Positions 58,234-64,000 of a stretch of DNA of 64,000 nucleotides are shown piece by piece. Source of the stretch: Candidatus Parcubacteria bacterium (GTDB taxonomy: Bacteria; Patescibacteriota; Minisyncoccia; SURF-38); NCBI GenBank assembly GCA_003599335.1, contig QZJN01000014.1, forward strand, positions 1,432 to 65,431, written 5' to 3'. Position 1 is the first letter of the stretch, and every line of letters begins with the position of its first letter. The position numbers and the translations under genes were made by a program. The notes beneath the pieces were generated by a model. That model worked only from the letters and a program-made list of their open reading frames with translations. It did not search any database and was not told where the DNA came from.

Positions 58234-58443
58234 TTAAAGGGCTTTTTTCTTATTAAACCAAGCTTTAATTTTATCTTTAAAAATAGTTTCCAAACCTAAA
58301 AGTTCAAGACCGATAATAATAAGCCAGCCAAAAGGGGTCAGGGGGGTTAGTATCGAAACAACGCCAAGTACAATAAGGATTGTTCCTCCAATGGCCCGTA
58401 ATCTTCTTGCTGTTTTTGTTTCTATTTTTTTGTCTAAGTCCAT
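58234..58443 (-). CDS. Small membrane protein (PGPGW-like)
   Basis: GVVSILTPLTPFGWLIIIGLELLG. Confidence 0.65.
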   Translation of the reverse strand: MDLDKKIETKTARRLRAIGGTILIVLGVVSILTPLTPFGWLIIIGLELLGLETIFKDKIKAWFNKKKAL

Positions 58444-58459
58444 TTCAAGCGTTGTCCTT

Positions 58460-59404
58460 TTATTTTTTAAAACAAAAACCGCTTATATCGCAAGTAAAAT
58501 TTTCAGCCGGAGATGCATAAAGTATTAAAGTCCCCATCGCGTCTAAGATCGGATACATGGTTGGATTTTCATACACCGTTTCTGTAGTAATGGCGTCATT
58601 GTTTGTGATAACTAATTTGGGTTCTGACCAAACACCAATTTTTATAAGATTTTCAAGTGAGTCATATTCAGGGACAAAATCTTTTGTCGGTAAATCATTA
58701 ATAAGGGCTTTTAGGCCAAGGCCATATTTGTGAAGGTGGGCTCCGCCAATTATAAGCTCAACAGGCTCTTTTGGCTTAAAAGAAATACCGCTTTTTTTAG
58801 TGAATTCGGTTTGTTTCGGCGGTACGGTAAATTGCCAGTTTCCATTGCAGCCAGCGGCATTTATTACAATCGGCTCTAATTCTTTAAGACTTGAATCTAC
58901 TGATTTATATTTCAAATTAATACCGGCGATAACATCAGCGTAATCAATTTTACCGGGGTTGTGAAACATTATTTGTAATATCAGGTTGTCCGATTTATTA
59001 AGTTTCAGGCCGTATTCTTTAGGGAAGGAAAGGGCTGTAAGCTCGCCGCCAAAAGCAAAAAAAGTCTTCGGCAGCTTTGGGCAGATAAAATCCTTATCGT
59101 TGGCATCGATCAAAATTCCGTGATGGATTATTTCTGATGGCGCTCCGTTTATTATCGGTTCAAAGCCGGTAATAAAAATATCTTCTTTTATTTCAATTGG
59201 GGTATTTATAAAAATCGCATGCTCAACAGGATCGGCGCCACCGGGATGTTCATGGCTTAATATGGCCGTAGGGGTAATCGCAAAAGAAAGAGTTTCGTCT
59301 TTTTGGCTTGTTTTTTCAGGGTCCAATCCGTAGATTAAAAAATAAGTTAAAAGAGTTAGAAAGATTATTACTAATGAAATTACAATTGCCAATCTTGTCT
59401 TCAT
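58460..59404 (-). CDS. Membrane-anchored copper type II (PHM/DBH-like) monooxygenase-fold protein
   Basis: IIHHGIL, MFHNP, GAHLHKYG, YENPT..DAMG match the spacing of CuH/CuM ligands. Confidence 0.6.
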   Translation of the reverse strand: MKTRLAIVISLVIIFLTLLTYFLIYGLDPEKTSQKDETLSFAITPTAILSHEHPGGADPVEHAIFINTPIEIKEDIFITGFEPIINGAPSEIIHHGILIDANDKDFICPKLPKTFFAFGGELTALSFPKEYGLKLNKSDNLILQIMFHNPGKIDYADVIAGINLKYKSVDSSLKELEPIVINAAGCNGNWQFTVPPKQTEFTKKSGISFKPKEPVELIIGGAHLHKYGLGLKALINDLPTKDFVPEYDSLENLIKIGVWSEPKLVITNNDAITTETVYENPTMYPILDAMGTLILYASPAENFTCDISGFCFKK

Positions 59405-59485
59405 GGGATAATACTATTTGTTTAACAAACTTTGGTTTAAAAAACCACCCCGTTTTGGGCGGGGTGGTTTTGAAGATGTATCTAA

Positions 59486-59695
59486 TTACATCGTCGCTCC
59501 TTTATTGCATTCTTTGCAAAGTTTCTTGTGCATCGCCAATTCATACACAGCCGAGAGACCAACCAGAACATATATCACGCGGGAAACCATCGAGCCCATA
59601 CCGCCAAACCAGGCGCTGATATCCCAACCGAAAAGCCCGACCAAAAGCCAGTTTAAACCTCCAATCACCAAAAGTAAAAATGTAACTTTATGCAT
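59486..59695 (-). CDS. DUF378 family protein
   Basis: LLVIGGLNWLLVGLF, RVIYVLVGLSA. Confidence 0.9.
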   Translation of the reverse strand: MHKVTFLLLVIGGLNWLLVGLFGWDISAWFGGMGSMVSRVIYVLVGLSAVYELAMHKKLCKECNKGATM

Positions 59696-59779
59696 ATGAG
59701 TCCCTATTAAATAACGAGACCTTTATTCCTATTATATGCCGCCCCCAAAAATTGGAAATGAGGTTATCAACAAATCTAT

Positions 59780-60520
59780 CTAAAAATCAAGTAATTTTGT
59801 AGCAAACATCAGCAAAACCCCAAAAAGAAAAACTCCAAAAGATTTAATTGATTTTTTTAAATCTTCCTCTTTTCTGATTTCTGGTATTAGATCGGAGGTT
59901 GAAATGTATATAAAACTCCCGGCCGCAAAAGCCAAAAGATACGGCAACGCGCTTTCAAGTTCCGTTGCCAAAAAATATCCGGCCACGCCTCCCAAGATTG
60001 CCGTTAGGGCAACCATAAAATTTGCCCATAAAGCTTTGTATTTACTAAAACCGGAATACAAAAGTACTCCATAATCGCTTATCTCTTGTGGTATTTCATG
60101 AAGCGCGACAGCAAGACTCGTGGCTAAGCCCAGTTTTATGTCAACCAAAAAAGCCGCCGCGATAATAACTCCATCTATAAAATTATGTATTGCGTCTCCG
60201 GCAAGATTGAGATATCCAAAAGCATGAATGTCACAATGTCCTTTATGGCAATGATGCCAATGCAAAACTTTTTCTATAAAAAAGAAAAGGATAAATGATA
60301 AAAGGGTTATCGTAAAAACGGCAGAACCGCTAAGGCCTTCAAGGGCTTCCGGCATCAGATGCAAAAATGCTCCTCCGAGCAATGCTCCCGCCGAAAGAGC
60401 GACTAAAAAAATAAGTATTTTTGACAGCCGTTCTTCCTGTAGCCTTAGGGTAAAGATTCCGATAAGAGAACCAAGGCTAACAATAAAAGTGGCCAGTAAA
60501 ATTATAAATAAAATTCCCAT
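59780..60520 (-). CDS. ZIP family metal transporter
   Basis: HWHHCH loop, DAIHNFIDG, HEIPQEISD. Confidence 0.93.
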   Translation of the reverse strand: MGILFIILLATFIVSLGSLIGIFTLRLQEERLSKILIFLVALSAGALLGGAFLHLMPEALEGLSGSAVFTITLLSFILFFFIEKVLHWHHCHKGHCDIHAFGYLNLAGDAIHNFIDGVIIAAAFLVDIKLGLATSLAVALHEIPQEISDYGVLLYSGFSKYKALWANFMVALTAILGGVAGYFLATELESALPYLLAFAAGSFIYISTSDLIPEIRKEEDLKKSIKSFGVFLFGVLLMFATKLLDF

Positions 60521-60606
60521 CAGATTAATTTTAATTATTTATAAGGCTTTTGTCTATATAAATGCTAAAGCCGTAGGCGATGTTTTGCCCACGGCTTCAT
60601 TTTGGT

Positions 60607-60867
60607 TCAGGAAACACGAACAAGGTTTTTCCGGTTCGTGCGAAGCGAATGGCGGTTTTTGTGCCGGCCATAAGCGATACGTCTGGAGCAATTTTTGAGG
60701 GATAAACCCTGGGGTAGTAGAATCGTGCATAGCCCCATTGGGCTGATTCGGTCAACCTGACAGACAATTTCGGCGTTATGGTTTGTAACGGCGCGGCGGA
60801 GAGCCGTTTTGGAGGCCGAACTTGGTTTGATTATTACAAAGCAGCCCTTCCTGATTTGGCGCGGCAT
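60607..60867 (-). CDS. Small basic hypothetical protein, SD-led
   Basis: AAGGAGG SD upstream, hairpin ~60567-60597 downstream, GC-rich. Confidence 0.5.
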   Translation of the reverse strand: MPRQIRKGCFVIIKPSSASKTALRRAVTNHNAEIVCQVDRISPMGLCTILLPQGLSLKNCSRRIAYGRHKNRHSLRTNRKNLVRVS

Positions 60868-60969
60868 GTTGCCCCTCCTTTTGGGGTTCTTTTGGTATTT
60901 TATACAAAAAATGGCAAAAAAGAAAAGATCAATGTATCCGGGGATTTTATAAGACTCTATAATATAGAT

Positions 60970-61905
60970 ATGAATAAATTAATCGTAATTTTGGCTGTTT
61001 GTGCAAGCCTGCTGGGGGCGGCTTTATGGAGGGTTTCTCATAAGAAAGAGAGTTCTGTTTCACGGCCAAAAATTCAAGAAATTCAGGAAGAAAAAATCCT
61101 AAGCGAGCCAGAAATAAGTTTCAGCTCTTTATCTTTGGAACAGGCAGATACTCTTGTTATTAAAGTTTTTTCTTCCGAAAAACCATCGACTATTTTTAAT
61201 GACAAAAGAATTGATTTTTTTGAAACAGCTTCAAATAGTTGGGTTGGTATTTTTGGCATAGACGCAAAAGCAAAGGCGAGAATAGAGAATATAATTATAA
61301 GCTTTGAAGGCGATAAAGATGTTCAAAATGAATTTGTAATTATAAAAAAAGACTGGCCAAGGACACAATTGTATATAAATCCCGAGCTTACTAAGCAAGG
61401 TTATACGCCTCAATCCATAAGCCAAAATTTATTTCAAAACGAAGATGCAATTATTGGAATTGCCGTTTCAGATTACAAAGATTTCCCATATTTTTCAGGA
61501 AGCTTTGAGGACCCGCTGGATAAACGGGTAATTGTTGGGGCTTTTGGTAATGTAAGGGTGAGTCAGGGTGTGGCCTTGCAGCATCTTGGTGTTGATCTTG
61601 AAGGTAAAATGGGGGACAGGGTGTATGCCATAAACGATGGGGTTATAACTTTAAGCAGATCGGACCTACCAAATTATGGGACAACGGTTGTGATAAATCA
61701 CGGACTTGGAATTTTTTCTTTATATTTGCACTTAAGTGAGATAAAAGTCGCCCTGGGTCAGAAAGTAAAAAGAGGGGATGTTATAGGTCTTGTTGGTAGT
61801 ACGGGATATTCACTTGAGCCGCATTTGCATTTATCTTTGAGGGTTCGCGGTGCAAGCGTAGACCCTCTCAAGTTCATAGAAACCGTCAATCAAATTTATA
61901 AATAA
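60970..61905 (+). CDS. M23 family peptidoglycan endopeptidase
   Basis: N-terminal TM from ATG 60970; HLGVD, YLHL, GSTGYSLEPHLH. Confidence 0.9.
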   Translation: MNKLIVILAVCASLLGAALWRVSHKKESSVSRPKIQEIQEEKILSEPEISFSSLSLEQADTLVIKVFSSEKPSTIFNDKRIDFFETASNSWVGIFGIDAKAKARIENIIISFEGDKDVQNEFVIIKKDWPRTQLYINPELTKQGYTPQSISQNLFQNEDAIIGIAVSDYKDFPYFSGSFEDPLDKRVIVGAFGNVRVSQGVALQHLGVDLEGKMGDRVYAINDGVITLSRSDLPNYGTTVVINHGLGIFSLYLHLSEIKVALGQKVKRGDVIGLVGSTGYSLEPHLHLSLRVRGASVDPLKFIETVNQIYK

Positions 61906-61979
61906 TTAAAAAAAGGCCAGGCGCGGGGTCCGTCTAGCCTTTCTGGTTACGAGGGTGAACTTTGGGATTGGCCGTTGAG

Positions 61980-62210
61980 CTACTCCAGGATTTCCAGGCT
62001 GAAGCGTTTTTTGATCTTCATGCCTGCCGCGCCAAGGATGGTGCGGATGGCTTTGGCGGTCCGGCCCTGGCGGCCGATAACCTTGCCAAGATCATCCGGA
62101 TGGGTGCGCAGCTCAAGAACCGTTGTTTGATCGCCCTCCACGGCTTTCACCTGAACATCTTCGGGTTTGTCCACGAGGGCTTTGGCAATCGCTTCAACGA
62201 GCTCTTTCAT
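61980..62210 (-). CDS. khpA: KH-domain RNA-binding protein KhpA
   Basis: [34 protein letters not shown]; SD GGAGGTG; TTGACA at 62260-62255 on the minus strand. Confidence 0.92.
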   Translation of the reverse strand: MKELVEAIAKALVDKPEDVQVKAVEGDQTTVLELRTHPDDLGKVIGRQGRTAKAIRTILGAAGMKIKKRFSLEILE

Positions 62211-62281
62211 AAAGAGCACCTCCTCAATATCTATATAAAATATATAACTTATTTTGTCAAATATATTGTTGTCTTATAAAA

Positions 62282-62315
62282 AACAAAAAATCCCCCAATT
62301 GGGGGATTTTTTGTT
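62282..62315. terminator. Perfect palindromic terminator
   Basis: AACAAAAAATCCCCCAA|TTGGGGGATTTTTTGTT. Confidence 0.75.
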
Positions 62316-62324
62316 GGAATGATT

Positions 62325-62645
62325 TTAGTAGCGATTTCTGCCGCCGCCAAAACTTCTCCTTGGACCGCGATTAAACGAATCGTTACGAGGCCTAGATTCC
62401 AGAGGGCGAGCTTCATTGACGGTAATTTTTCTACCATCAAGCTCTTTGCCATTGAACATTTCAATAGCTTTTGCGGCCTCTTCATCAGAGGGCATCTCAA
62501 CAAAACCAAAACCTTTAGAGCGGCCGGTCATTTTATCCATTATAATCGTTACCGATTCAATGGCTCCGGCTTCTGCAAACATTTCTTTCAATGTGCTCTC
62601 GTTGGTGTCGTAAGACAGTCCGCCGACATATAACTTTTTTGCCAT
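62325..62645 (-). CDS. RRM (RNP-1) RNA-binding protein
   Basis: KLYVGGL (RNP2), KGFGFVEM (RNP1), VNEARP, R/G-rich tail. Confidence 0.93.
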   Translation of the reverse strand: MAKKLYVGGLSYDTNESTLKEMFAEAGAIESVTIIMDKMTGRSKGFGFVEMPSDEEAAKAIEMFNGKELDGRKITVNEARPLESRPRNDSFNRGPRRSFGGGRNRY

Positions 62646-62891
62646 ATATTTTTTTAAATTAATTAACGTAAGCCGACCAATATTTAACATCCTTTTGGCT
62701 TACGTAAAGTAAGACGAGGGGATATAAAACTTACCTTACTATAGTATCATTTTTTAATTAAAAGTCAAGCCTGGGGGCTATGATTTCTTTTTTCGTAGCG
62801 GTTGGAGTTCTGGAGGGGTAGATTTAAGGCTTTAACATTGACAAAATCGTAATTTTATGTATAACTAATATCGCACCAAAGGAGGTGCACC

Positions 62892-63467
62892 ATGTCAGAA
62901 AGTCCGAAAGTCAAAGCTGTAGCTGTGGCAGTTGTAGTGATGTTGGCGGCGTGTGCTAGCGCGTCGTCAGCTTTCGCCCAAGACCGGCAGCTCTTCGAGC
63001 TCCGGCCGATTGAGAGGAAGTGGGAAGAGCCAAGGGAGGAAAAAGACCGCAAGGTCGATTTCCTTTTCAAGGCGTCCCGCGTCTATCTCGCGGCTGGAAC
63101 CGGACTGGATGCTGTAACTACAGTCCGGGTGCTGAATCACCCTTCTATGGCGTACAGGGCCGATGGTTCCGCTCTGGGACGTTCATATGGTGTGGAGACC
63201 GGCTGGGCGCGCGCTCTTGGTAAGAGAAACACGGGTGCCGTTGTTGCGGCAAACGTTGGTCTCAACCTTGGCGTTGATCTGCTTAGTCGGAAACTGTACC
63301 GAAAGGGAGGGCGTTGGCGATACTTGGCGATTGGGCTGAATTTGTGGAAAGCCACAGACAGCCTGAAGGCCGGTATTCACAACATCAACTACCACTCCAA
63401 CGGCTTTGACCGGAGGATGAGGGAGGCGACTGGCTACCAGGGGACTATTGTCTGGTCCTCTAAGTAG
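62892..63467 (+). CDS. Secreted/membrane hypothetical protein, GC-rich, SD-led
   Basis: TTGACA 62838 promoter, AAGGAGGTG SD, signal peptide (..SAFA|QD). Confidence 0.7.
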   Translation: MSESPKVKAVAVAVVVMLAACASASSAFAQDRQLFELRPIERKWEEPREEKDRKVDFLFKASRVYLAAGTGLDAVTTVRVLNHPSMAYRADGSALGRSYGVETGWARALGKRNTGAVVAANVGLNLGVDLLSRKLYRKGGRWRYLAIGLNLWKATDSLKAGIHNINYHSNGFDRRMREATGYQGTIVWSSK

Positions 63468-63601
63468 TCTGGAGCTGGCCGGCGGCCGCATGCATTTCGC
63501 GGCCACCGGCCACTCCCCAAAAATAAAGTATTTTCGTTCTTTTTCTGGTTTTATCCACATACTCTCTTGACATTTGATTCAGGCTTTGATAGGTTGAAAG
63601 T

Positions 63602-63730
63602 GGAACCAATTTCCGGGGTTCTCACAGCAAAGCAGCTCTGACATGGGGCAAACTTTGGTGCCTGTGGGCACCCCAACACCAGCGGGGTCAGCGTGTACGC
63701 CTAGCAGCGTTCGCCCTGACCCCTTTTTCT
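63602..63730 (+). ncRNA. Candidate small structured RNA (~125 nt)
   Basis: TTATCCACA 63551, TTGACA(63567)-17-TAGGTT promoter; hairpins GGAACC/GGTTCT and GGTGCC-tgtg-GGCACC; terminator GGGGTCAG..CTGACCCC-TTTTT. Confidence 0.5.
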
Positions 63731-63843
63731 TTTCTAAAATTACATCAAAAAAGCGAGGTCATAAGCCTCGTTATTTTCTTTTATAAAAACAGAAAAGCCC
63801 CGCACAGATGAAAAGCTTATGAGCTTTTCTGCGTGGGGGCAGA

Positions 63844-64000
63844 TCATTGATTCGTTTCAAACCATTCCCGGAAGCTGGTGAATGCCTCCGATGATTTTGG
63901 GCCGAGTTTCTGTTCATCCGGGAGACGCTTTGCTTCCTCGGTTGTAATGCCAAGTTCCTCGGCGATTGCCAGGCCGACCCCTTTGGCCTTTTCGGAAAAC
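63844..64000 (-). CDS. C-terminus of a hypothetical protein that starts beyond the window
   Basis: Open frame ..FSEKAKGVGLAIAEELGITTEEAKRLPDEQKLGPKSSEAFTSFREWFETNQ* on the minus strand. Confidence 0.45.
   Translation of the reverse strand, partial: FSEKAKGVGLAIAEELGITTEEAKRLPDEQKLGPKSSEAFTSFREWFETNQ

Noticed and set aside
60778-60969. N-terminal extension of the M23 peptidase ORF
   Set aside because: It overlaps an SD-led minus-strand ORF and an AT-rich promoter region; the signal-anchor begins at ATG 60970.

Overview
A 64-kb chromosomal segment of an AT-rich bacterium using standard genetic code 11 (TAA, TAG and TGA all end conserved genes). Gene content and the mostly SD-less core genes suggest a Patescibacteria/CPR (Parcubacteria-like) genome; this is an inference. 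Housekeeping genes: uvrC/uvrA, CIRCE-controlled groES-groEL, lemA-htpX, tRNA-Ser(GGA), a DEAD-box helicase and dnaG-rpoD. A long minus-strand block (28.6-60.9 kb) carries redox/metal genes (3 CcdA-like, 2 VKOR, DoxX, thioredoxin-like, P-type ATPase, MgtE, ZIP), a glycerate kinase-ppsA-2-hydroxyacid dehydrogenase-enolase cluster, a MacAB-type exporter and surface proteins. An accessory region follows tRNA-Ser (about 11.4-20.7 kb). The most striking signals are: (1) a ~510-nt, highly structured, independently transcribed noncoding RNA upstream of groES whose 5' and 3' ends pair and which I cannot assign to a known class; (2) a secreted PKD protein that appears stitched from short peptides resembling VgrG/Hcp/contractile-tail motifs; (3) two small HTH genes, each bracketed by its own pair of matching palindromes; (4) a direct-repeat-bounded islet with a restriction endonuclease and a LexA-methyltransferase fusion; (5) scattered GC-rich, SD-led solo gene cassettes, including an apparently foreign khpA. 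All product calls are from motif recognition, not database searches.
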